NCBI GenBank assembly: GCA_964016885.1
Contig: OZ024740.1
Coordinates: forward strand, 256,990,001 to 257,054,000
Direction: 5' to 3'
Source of the DNA: Eledone cirrhosa
Lineage: Eukaryota
Length of the DNA: 64,000 bases
Shown here: piece after piece, positions 53,440 to 64,000 of the stretch
How positions within the stretch are numbered: the first letter of the stretch is position 1
Layout of the letters: every line of letters starts with the position of its first letter
Position numbers and translations under genes: made by a program
The notes under the pieces: model-generated
Databases searched by the model: none
Told to the model about the DNA's origin: nothing
The model's input: only the letters and a program-made list of their open reading frames with translations

Positions 53440-54855
53440 TTGACCGGTTCTACAAGTTTGCTGGAATAGTTAGAACGCCAGATAAGATATTTGCCTTATC
53501 TGTTGCGGCCCTTTACGTTCTGACTTCAAAATAATATCTCACCGATCACCAGATCTAATCTTGCCACAATAACTGTTTAGGAAATTTACAATGGTTGAAG
53601 GGGGACATTGACTTTTTGCTACAGCAAGTGAACCATGGGGATTGTTAATTCCAGAGTAATGTGACCACATCTGGTTATGGAAATTGCAATGGATGGAGTC
53701 AGACGTTCGCTACAGCAGACTAACTTTGAACATACTATGTATTTACGGTTAGAGGGGCGACAACATTTGAGGAACGGACTACAGGTATACCACTTGGAAG
53801 TAACATGGACAAGATTACAATACATCTGACAACCTGTCCTCACATTTTCAAACTACCCAATTTCATTCACAAGGTTTAGAATCGAGTTGGCTGATAGTGG
53901 TGTATTAATAGAACTGTAAGTGCATCGAAAAAAATGCTTTGTACTATTTGTTTTGTCCCTGAGATTAAATTTCACGGTGGTTTGTTATTGTTTTCACATT
54001 TTCAGGATTAATAAAATAAGTATCAGTTAGTTCGTAGACGATATTACTCGTTTTCGATCTCCCTCCTTCTGTCTACGTACTTACGTTAGAATAATGTAAT
54101 GTACTCCTGATGGAGTCGAAGGGGTGCCGTTCTGATAAATGGTGGGCTTTGGACATTTTATATCAGGCAGAGCCCATATCTCTCCCGGCCGAAACTCGGC
54201 CAATGTTTTTCAGAGAAACGATGAAAGGGAGAGAAAAAAATGGTGGTGGGTGATGATGATAAATATAGGAAGAAACGACCCTATTACTGCATTTGTAATT
54301 CATTTCTTGACCTCGAAAGGATGAAAGGCAGGATTCAAAATCAGAGTGCAATGAGTCGAAGCAATTACCGAATCATTTGCTTTTGTGTTTGAAATGATTA
54401 TTTAAAGACATATGTTCAAGACACTGTGCAGTGGAATCGAACCCTGGACATCATGATTATGAAGCAAACTTCTGAACCAATGACCCATGCTTGCATCCGT
54501 TGTATCAGTTGTATGCATGGTTCCATAACTCCGGAGGGAGTTGTAGGGGTGTTGTAATGGCATACGGTATTTCTAGGGCCTTTTTAGGGCCCCTGGTAGG
54601 GCTAATCTCTTCTCCAGGTTTGAATACAACAGATTTCTTCCAGAGAATGATGAATGATAGCAAGCGAGAGAAAAATGAAGTGAGAAGGAGATGTAGTGGT
54701 AGAATCAACCCCAGTACTTGAAAGCTACATGTTTTATCGACGTCGAATCAATGAAAGGCAAAGTCGACCTTCGCAGATTTTTGAAGTAAGAGAGCAGAGA
54801 TACGGACCGAATACCGCAAAGCATTCGATTCGACCTTCAAACGACTCTGCCAATT
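53440..54855. mobile_element. cluster of old SINE fragments
   Basis: Pieces at ~53455-53530(+), 53885-54030(+), 54260-54360(-), 54400-54490(-), 54690-54855(-) with GATGAAAGGCA / GGAATCGAACCC motifs. Confidence 0.6.
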
Positions 54856-56202
54856 CGAGAAACATAGGTAACAATAATAATCTCATTATACAGTTATTAC
54901 ACCATCCAATCCAATATAAATATGATAGCGAAGTTATTTGCATATGTTTTGCTTTCTATATTGTTTTGTCTTTGTCAAATTACTGAGAAATATGATTATT
55001 GTTTCTAGGTAATAATTACCACAGAGAGATTCTATCATTATATGAGTTGGGCATCGAGTAGTGATCACCCCAGCTTAATTCGTGAAATGATTTCTTCTAG
55101 AAAGATAAGAGGTAGATTAGTGCAGTAAAACACCGGAGCTAGCTGATTACACTACAATATTTCATGTTTCACTACATTTCATGTGAGTTGATATTTTATT
55201 CTGTTATTGGTCTTAGTTATTCAACTGCGACTATACTGGATCACCACTGCATTGAAAAGGTTTTAGTCGATCACATCGAACCCAGAATTTATTTTAAAGA
55301 TCTCTCTAATTTTCGAGGCTTTAGTTCACAGGACATAAACATAGACACAGATATATAACCGCACATATACATACACACACACATGCATACATATACACAT
55401 TCAACTGACATGAGGTGGACGTTTATTCCGCTAGAGATAGGCTCTGGAATCATAGTCACCTCAGCTCAACAAGTTAAGAGTTTTGAAGCTGTTATATACA
55501 AAAGTAACATTATTTATTGAGAAGCACGAAATTCTAACATATTCTCTAGCGGAATGAACGTCCACTTTTGTTGATATCTTTTGCCTTGAGTTTGACATCG
55601 TCACACCATGTTGCTTTCTATGCGGCTCTGAGTACGGTGAGTCGCGTCAAATTTATCTCTGGATATTAGCAAGTATGTTGTTCTTTATACTATTTTTGCT
55701 TCTATATTTCTCTCACGCCTCTGATGAGTATTCGCAGTCTCTTGTAGTTTAATTCATAATCGATAATGTGTGATCGGTAACCAGTTACATTGATTGATTT
55801 TCAACTACAGTCTACAGAATATGAAATTGTAAACTAATTTTCGGTGAATACTGTGTTGGTATATTTATATTTTTTCTTTGCCCTCGCGTCGGTGTGTGTG
55901 AGTGTGTGTGTACTCACTCACACTAACTGTGACCGTCTATTGTTCTACAGATTTGATGCTATGTTGGTCTATGTATATATTTTTTCTGTGACCTCGCGTC
56001 TGTGTGTGTGTACCCACTCACATTAACTGTGACCGACTGTAATTCTACAGCTATTGGGAGAATTGATAGTTTTATGACCCTAACTGAGGACGATAGCAGC
56101 CGCCGTGTTTTGACTGCTTGATCTTCATATGAGGGACTAAACTCTGTGAGTGAACACCGTTAGTTTTCTCCCTCATATCAAGGATTTGAAGACAATTCAT
56201 TT

Positions 56203-56276
56203 TCATCTGACGAGATCAGTGATAATCAATCATGGCTACACGATCGATCTATCTCGTATTGAAACATGTGTCGTGA
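56203..56276 (+). ncRNA. type I hammerhead motif
   Basis: TCAT-CTGACGA-GAT...ATT-GAAAC-ATGT-GTC-GTGA. Confidence 0.6.
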
Positions 56277-56451
56277 TTAAAATGATTGGAAATTTATACC
56301 ATGCCTTCGGATCTTTATTTTAATACAAATACTCCGTTTTGCATCATCTAGCTGTTCCCATAAATGGAATTGGAGATATACAATAGCGTGGAGAACTTAA
56401 TATTGCTAACAAAAATGTATTGGACCGTTTCACACAACCAATAATACACCT

Positions 56452-56509
<58 letters not shown>

Positions 56510-56919
56510 CAAATGTTTAATACATTACTTAATTGATTTACACATTCAAATACAGAAGGAGATAGCATTATATTCCTCTGCATGGAATTCATCAGAATCA
56601 TTAGATAATATATATATAAAAAAAAGACATTTGGTTTACCAACCACCTGCCAAATGAATCCAAAGAAAAAAATTCGAAAACCTTAAACAACCTTTGCATA
56701 TAGTCGGTAAAACGTTACAAATTTTGGAAGATTAGACGCGCAAATTAAAATTTGAGCAATAATATACTATGTTGTGTTTAATTTGACAATTCTGTTTGCT
56801 TTGTTGTTGTTTGTTTCATCGTTGTTATTGTTGTATGCTTTCTTGTTTCCTAACAATTATAACATATTAACTAGAGGGAATGGAGCGAATATATACATAC
56901 ATACATCTAAAGACTAAAG

Positions 56920-57155
56920 TCTTTAGCCAGAAGGGTCATTTGGCCGGTGTTTATCCCGGTTTCATGGCGACTGAAAGTACAAGACGTTCCCCTGGATAGG
57001 ACGCCAGTCCATCGCAGGGTTAAACCTCAGCTATTGCTGGTACTTAATTTCATCTGACTAGAATGGAGCAACGTGAAATGAAGTATTTTTGCTCAAGAAC
57101 ACAACACACGCAATACAGGAATCGAACCCACGACATTATGATCGTAAGTTCAACA
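56920..57155 (-). mobile_element. tRNA-derived SINE
   Basis: GGAATCGAACCC (B box reversed), central TGCTCAAGAACACAAC, tail CCCCTGGATAGGACGCCAGTCCATCGCAGGGTTA. Confidence 0.8.
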
Positions 57156-57176
57156 ATATATATATATATATAATAT

Positions 57177-57230
<54 letters not shown>

Positions 57231-57737
57231 GCTGCCGATTATAGAGTCGGGTAAGATCGATACAGATCGAACCTTGAGCTGATCAGTGGCGAAACGCGCG
57301 TCACCTACCAATAAATGTAATGAAGGAGTAACTAATCGCTCTTGTTATCCTTTCAATATAATACGCTCTGTAATATCAACACAGAAGTGAACCTAAACAT
57401 CGAGTGCTCACACGGGTGAACTGCAGTAACTCCAAGTTATATTATATATATCATATATAAATATATATATATATATATTATATATAATATATATAAATAT
57501 ATATATATCTAGACATATATATTTATATATATTATATATAATATATATATATATTATATATATTATATATAATGTATATATATATATTATATATTATATA
57601 ATATATATATATATCATATATTATATATAATATATATATTATATATAATATATATATTATATATTATATATAATATATATATTATATATTATATATAATA
57701 TATATATTATATATTATATTATATATATATATATATA

Positions 57738-58699
57738 TCTGTATATATATAAAATTAAGTATGTGTGTGTGTCTGTGTGTCTGTGTATTACTTATAGGGG
57801 CCTACATCTTACGACCGATTTTCATGAAACTTTACAGGCTCATAGATTAGTCATCGGGGAGTGTTTTCTATATATCACCGTATCGTTTTTTTTTTCATAC
57901 CGGGGTCATTCTGTAGATAAAACTCGATACGGCGGAAACCTTTTTTTAGGTATCAAAAAATAAGATTTTTGGCTGTAGCTCCCACATTTTGCCACCGACT
58001 TCGATCAATGGCTTTATATTTTGCATTTGTTGTTCACAGACGGCGTGGCAGCTGCTTAAATATGCAAAAAGACCACTTTTAGACTCAAATTTCCACGCTT
58101 TCGGATCGAACTCCGACATTAATCAACCTACTTTGTTCAAATTTTACACTACGCTAGATCTGATTATTTGACGTCTTAAAGTGGCTTTACATTTTTGATT
58201 TTTTGTTCAGGAACGGTGTGGCAACCGCTTAAATATTCGAAAATACTATATTTTCGCTCAAATTCCCGCCTTTTCGGCTCCAGCTCCCACATTTTTCAAC
58301 CGATTTCGTTCAAATTCGAAACTTCGGCTCCACCTCACACATAAATCAATTTATACTACGATAGAACCTATCATTGCACATCTTATAGATGGTCAAATGC
58401 AAAACGATGGCCACTGACGTCGTCTGAGCTTTTAGCTGTGTATTTGAGAATTCATCGGTTTCCAATCAAGTAGCGTGAGGAAATTTGGCTTAGTGTTAGA
58501 GGTCATTACCTCCCTCCCCCAGCATGCCCCTTCGTCAGTCACCCGCGTTTCTCAGTGATAGAGGTCATCACCACCCTCCCTCGCATGGCCTGTGTGTGGC
58601 CATAGATGAGTCATCGAGAAGCAGTCGCTAAGATGAACACCTTCTCATCAAAGCAGATATTATTTTACCTACTCAGGCAACGCTGGGTACTGCTGCTAG
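57738..58699 (+). mobile_element. non-autonomous Helitron-like element C
   Basis: A|TCTGTATATATATAAAA..(GT/CTGT)n 5' end, CCGATTTTCATGAAACTTT motif, 3' hairpin CTCAG-GCAACG-CTGGG then CTAG|T. Confidence 0.8.
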
Positions 58700-58702
58700 T
58701 AG

Positions 58703-58776
<74 letters not shown>

Positions 58777-58986
58777 TAGATTGAGTTAGAAACACAAAAT
58801 AGTCTTTTACAATTAAATAGCTCAAAAAAGGGAATCTTTCCGAGCCGTGTAATATAATTGGATATATGAGAGGGACGAACACACATATAATGTACATGTG
58901 TTCCAATTGCAAATGACGCAATTGGAGCACGTGTATATCTGTGGTAATCCCTCTCATATATCAAATTATGTATATATATAGTAATA

Positions 58987-59172
58987 ATTGTTTCTACTTT
59001 AGGCACAAGGCCAGCAATTACCCAGTGCATTACTGGTACTTTATTTTATCGACCCCGTAAGGATGAAAGGCAAAGTCAACCTCGGCGGGATTTGAACTCA
59101 GATCGTAAAGGGACGTAACTATGCTGGAAAGCATGGCATCCGACCCTCCACCGATACTGCCAATCCACCGCC
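58987..59172 (-). mobile_element. full-length SINE
   Basis: Same family as 15884-16070. Confidence 0.9.
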
Positions 59173-59329
59173 CTATATATATAGTTATAATAATAACAAT
59201 AAATGTGAAGAGTTTCAGAAGATCCCGTTAAGGGTGAAAGCATCGATTCTTTGCTTAAACTTTAATCTGTTATTTTAATATATATACATATAGTTCAAAA
59301 AGACAAACAAACACACGCAGGAGTCAGTA

Positions 59330-62148
59330 GTACATTATGTTATTAGCTTCACGCTTGGTGAGAGAGGGGTGGTTACGACGTTTCGGACATAAGTCCTCCG
59401 AGAGGGAGTAGGGGTAGTAAGCAGAGAAGTTAACAGGAAGAACACGAAAGGACGGGAAAAATGAAAAATCAAAATAAAAATAAAAATAAATAAAAACAGA
59501 ATTTTAAAAAAAGTGAAAATGAAGGTGGTGGGAGCGGTGTACGGGTCCAGGTTGGCAAAAGGTGTGGTAGTGTTGGAGAGAGGGGGAGAGAAAGGGCGGG
59601 GAGAGCAATTAAAATGAGAGTCCGAGCGAGGATGGCGGAAGGTAAGGTGTGTGTGTATGTGTAGTTGTAAATGTATGTGTTTATGTGTGGATGTAGTATG
59701 AGAGTCTGGAAGGAAGCAAATGTATCTGAATATGGGTTTTGAAAAACCATTGTGTATGTGTTGGGGTGGAGTGTATATCTGTGTGTGTATAGTCCCAGTA
59801 TGGGTGTAGATGTGCATGTGTGAGTGTGTGGATAGAGCGGGCCGGATGAGGTGATATCTTGTCAAATCCGTGGTGTGGGGAGATGTGCATGTGTGTGTGT
59901 GCTTGTGTGGTTAACAGAAGGGGATGCGTGGTGTGTCTGTAGGTGATATGGGTTCGTGTAAGGTGCGTAGTTGCGTGAGTGCGGAAACGGTGCAAGTGTC
60001 TATGCGTGTCTGTGTTTCTGAATGGATGTTGGTGTGTATGTGTGTGGATAGTAAAAATCCGAGGGTATACTAGGTGGGTTTCAACGTGAAGTAAATTCCA
60101 AGTTCAAGTAGGAGAAAATGGTGATGAGGAAATGAAATAGCAGTGTAGCGTGCGCAACCGGAAATGGTCAAGTCAAAAGAGTGGGAGGAGAGGGTGGCGA
60201 GGGTAGTGATGACAATGTGTGAGGGGGGGGGGAGGAGATCGTGCCAACAAAGCAGTATTTGGTGGGTGCAACTGATAGTGCTACTAAGATGCGTGAAAGG
60301 CAGTTAGTTGTGTAGACAGGCCAATATGTATGGCCGTACGTAACTGAGAGTGGCATGTGTGTATGTATGTGTGTATGGCGTTATGTGTATGTGTGTGTAG
60401 AAAGGATAGTGGATATGCGAGGAGGCATTTTCGGTGTGTGTGCGATGGTTCTGTCGGTCGCTGTTTAGATGTGTACATACACGTGTGTGTATATACGGTT
60501 GTGTGTGTGTGTTAAGGGTATAGGTGCGTGTGTGTGTTTGTGGTGTAAGCGTGGTAAGGGTGAAGGAAAGTGGGGTTGTGTAAGGGGGTTAGTGGTGTTA
60601 GTGGGGTGGCAAGGTGAGGGTGTGTGAGGGTAGAGGTTAGTGGTGATAGTATAGGGAGGTGACGGCAGAAAGGAAGGTGCGAGTGGTTGGTTGGTGAGGG
60701 AGGAAAAGGTTTGTGAGTTAGTGGGGACGTGAGTGGGTTGACGGTAAGGTCGTGGCAAAGGGGGTATGTGTGTGTACGTTGTTGAGTGGGATTTGGGTAG
60801 TAGGTGTAGGTGGTGGTAGGTTAGTGAAGTTAGTGGTAGGGGGGAGGGATAGGGGTGTAAGTCGGGGCAAAAGGAAGAAGGGTGGGGAGTTCAAACCGGG
60901 GGCGATGCATATCTCTATTTGGAAAATGGGGTGTTGCTTGGTCCTCGGTCGGGCATCAGCGGTCCCAGGGCACGCAATCAGGTCGTACACCGTGAAGTTG
61001 CGAGCCGAATGTCCGGCTTAGCAGAAGAGTCGAGCGATGGAGGACCACAAGCCGAGACGGATATCGCAGAGGTATTCGGTGAACCGGTCGGCCAAACGGC
61101 GCCCCTTCTGTCCGACATAGGTTGCACCGCACACTGTGCAACAGAGTCCGTAGACAAGGCTGGAGGAGGTGCTGCGAAAGGAATGCCGGAGGTAGAGGTA
61201 TTGGTGATGTGGGGGCATATGTGGCAGCGGGGTCGGGAGCAGGGAAGGGATCCGGGGGAGGAACGGCGTTGGGGTAGGGAGCTGCGGAGAAGGAGATTGT
61301 AGAGGTTGCGTGTGGGTTTGAAGGAGGGGAGGTGTGGGAGTGGGAGGACGATGGAAGTGGAGGGGTCTGACTGAAGGCGTCGGAAGAGGCGTAGGATGGT
61401 ACGTTGGAGGGTAGGGTGGCGGGGTGGTAGGTGAGGGGGGAAAGGAGATGGTAGTGGGGGTGAGGACGTGGGGTGAGGGCGGTGGTGTGGTGGACGGAAT
61501 GGGCGCGGTTGAGGTCGGTTTGGACAAGGGAGGTGGGGTAACCCCTCCGGGTGAAGTGACGGAGAAGAGAATAGGTCTGAGTTTGAAAGTCTGCATCTCG
61601 GCTGCAAAGATGGTGAATCCGGAGAAGTTGGGAGTAGAGAATAGAGTGTTTGGTGTGAGTGGGGTGGGAGGAGGTAGGAGTGGGCGTCTGTGGGTTTGAA
61701 GAAAGCGGAGGTGATGAGTGAGTGGTGGGAGGGTCGATGCCCACGGAGATGTCCAAGAAGTGGAAGGTGGTGGTGGAGATGGAAGTGGTAAAGTGGCGGG
61801 AGGGAGGAAAGGAGCAGAGGAAAGAGAGAAAGGAGTCGAGCTGTTTCCTTGTGAGAGTCGTGGCAGTGTGTTGAACTGTTCGGTTACCGGCGTCCAATAT
61901 GATGGTCGTCTGCCCAGGGCGAGGAAGCAGTCCGGAGGCAATGGAGTGTTGTGAAACTGGTGTGAATTGAGTTTGTTGGAGGTGAGGAAGGAGAAGAGAT
62001 CGTGGCTGAGGTTATAGATGAAGTGAATGATGCAGTGGGCGAGGAGGGGGTGACAGGTGAAGAGGAGGTGAAGTAGGGTTTGGGGTAGGCTGCGGATGGT
62101 AGTGAGGGAGGGGCGTGTGAGGATGTGTTGGGTTGAGAGTGGTGAGTA
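59330..62148 (-). mobile_element. decayed Penelope-like element (RT C-terminus + GIY-YIG, long 3' UTR with HHR remnant)
   Basis: FHFLDISV, HPTHTKHSILYSQLLRI, RRGYP, CSRPRCHICP, LVYGLCCTVCGATYVGQKGRRLADRFTE, PGLN; GGAC TTAT GTCC-GAAAC-GTC-GTA at 59374-59396. Confidence 0.9.
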
Positions 62149-62609
62149 TTAAATATATTCAGTTTTATTTGAAAACAGGAAAAATCGTTGTTGATCAGAA
62201 GTTAAAGAAACATTTATTTCAAAGTGATACGTACATTATTCCGATTTCTGTCACTTTGAAAATATTAAAGTTAATGAAGTAACTTTATTTCGAATCTGGA
62301 AGAATCGCTGTTCAGAAGAAGTTAAAGAAACGTTTATTTCAAAGCTATACAAATGTCTTAAACGTTATTCTGATTGCATATTGTAGCGTTATTTGCTGTC
62401 AATTTGGAAATATTTTTACTTCACTTGCTCTCTTTCCACCTCTTTCACGTATTGTTGTATTTATGTATTTGATTTAAAAAATAATTATAGCTCACCATGG
62501 GAGTGCGCGCGTATGTGTGTGCATGTATACATATATACATAAAAATGTTTCTTTAACTTCTTCTCAACAACGATTCTGCCTGTTTTTAAATAAAACTGCA
62601 TATATTTAA
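62149..62609. mobile_element. MITE-like element with ~65-bp inverted ends
   Basis: TTAAATATAT.CAGTTTTATTT.AAAACAGG..AATCGTTGTTGA..GAAGTTAAAGAAACATTT mirrored at 62543-62609; partial tandem copy at ~62278-62345. Confidence 0.65.
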
Positions 62610-63285
62610 TTATCGCTATTTGAGTCGAATTAACATTATAGGGGTGAACTTAGGGCATATCTAAGCTATAATAAAGGACGGGATGTGGGACTGCGTACGG
62701 TTTATTTCTTTTAATCCAGTTAGTAAAATAAGTTGGATTACTTTGAATAAATAATGAATAAATATTACATAATTTATCTACTAAATTTCGAAACTAAATT
62801 TCGTAAACATAAATAATTTAAAATTGACTTGTTTTCAAATTTTCATTCACATTTCTACACTTCCGGTATATCATCGCCACCACCACTTCAACTACCATAT
62901 ATATAGAAAGAGAGAGTGTGTGATGAGAGAGATAGAGAGAGATTACGATTTTCTACACGCTGACGCGTATGAGTGTGGACATACATACATCTATATGTAT
63001 GAGTATATAACTATTATGAGTATATAACTATAATCGCGCAAACACAAACTTATAAAAATAGACGCTCACGAACATTCACGTAAATACACATACATTCACA
63101 CATACTTTCACACAAACATACATACATTCACACATATACATTTACACAAACACGCACATACATTCATGATAGTGTTTGGTGAAATGGGAGTGTAAAACAA
63201 GTATAACGCTTTATTTATTTATTAACTCTTTTTTTTTAAAACTCATTTAATATAATGGTTAAAGAACGAAAACACTAACAAATAT

Positions 63286-63627
63286 AATTGTTTCTACTTT
63301 TGGCACAATTATCCCAGTGTATTACTGGTAATTTATTTTATCGACCCCGTAAGGATGAAAAGAAAAATTAACATCGGTGGTATTTGAACTCAGATCGTAA
63401 AGGGCCGTAACTCTATGCTGCGAAGCATAGCATCCGACCCTCTAGCGATACTGCCAATCCACCATCCTTTTAATAATTGTTTCTACTTTTGGCACAAGGC
63501 CAGCAATTATTCTAGTGCATTAGTGGTACTTTATTTTATCGACCCCGTAAGGATGAAAGGCAAAGTTAACCTCGACGAGATTTGAACTCAGACCATAAAT
63601 AGACGTAACTCTACCGATACTGCCAAT
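63286..63627 (-). mobile_element. two tandem SINE copies
   Basis: 63286-63467 and 63475-63627; the second has an internal deletion and a clipped head. Confidence 0.85.
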
Positions 63628-64000
63628 TCAATATAATATATACAAAGGAAAGGGAAAGGAAAAAAAGAAAGAGAAAAATTACACAAGCAGGTAATACACA
63701 CATCTTAGACAACATAGAACAAAATGCAGACGAAAGAGTGGGAAAAAACGAGCCGCTACCAGAGCAAAAGATAGCAATATAGCGAGGAGCACTGGGAAAC
63801 CTCTCTAATAATTTTTGAGGCAAGCCAGCACGCTCGCAGCGTTACCTGGGGTGATGGCGACGCTGAGGTGCTGGAACAACCAAGTGCCCTCACGAGATCA
63901 CCAGTTACCTCTGTTTGGCGAACTGCTAGTGAAGATAAGAATCTCGCTGTCAGTAGCCCGACTCTCCCAAACATCTCGAACGCCACAGGCTGAATAATGT
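63628..64000 (-). mobile_element. 3' end of CRE-like non-LTR retrotransposon, runs off the window
   Basis: QPVAFEMFG..FLSSL..EVTGD then frameshift REGTWLFQHLSVAITPGNAASVL, homologous to the 2061-2345 peptide. Confidence 0.75.

Noticed and set aside
53590-53860. Possible host exon in complex unique sequence (also 27720-28620)
   Set aside because: No recognisable domain or consistent splice-bounded open frame; left unannotated

Overview
AT-rich, microsatellite-saturated, apparently gene-free eukaryotic DNA. The tRNA-derived SINEs resemble octopus/cephalopod SINE families as I recall them, so the taxon is an inference. No host protein-coding gene is supported. All real coding signal comes from mobile elements: two CRE-like fragments, a near full-length decayed R4/Dong-like element plus a second fragment, three RTE-group families (one with an intact 3' ORF carrying three C2H2 fingers), Tx1-like LINE copies, a Penelope-like element (PLE; RT + GIY-YIG), three non-autonomous Helitron-like elements, MITE-like inverted repeats and many SINEs. 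The most striking signal is non-coding. The unique-sequence islands embedded in (TA)n tracts are mostly small (about 250-740 nt period) direct, inverted or circularly permuted repeats. They carry type I hammerhead ribozyme (HHR) motifs: stem I - CTGANGA - stem II of up to about 116 nt - GAAAY - short, often palindromic stem III - NUH - stem I'. By eye I count about 15 well-formed and about 8 decayed motifs from roughly ten unrelated families. This looks like a diverse population of (TA)n-targeting, ribozyme-bearing, non-autonomous PLE derivatives or retrozymes. All structures and coordinates were read by eye, and element boundaries are approximate.
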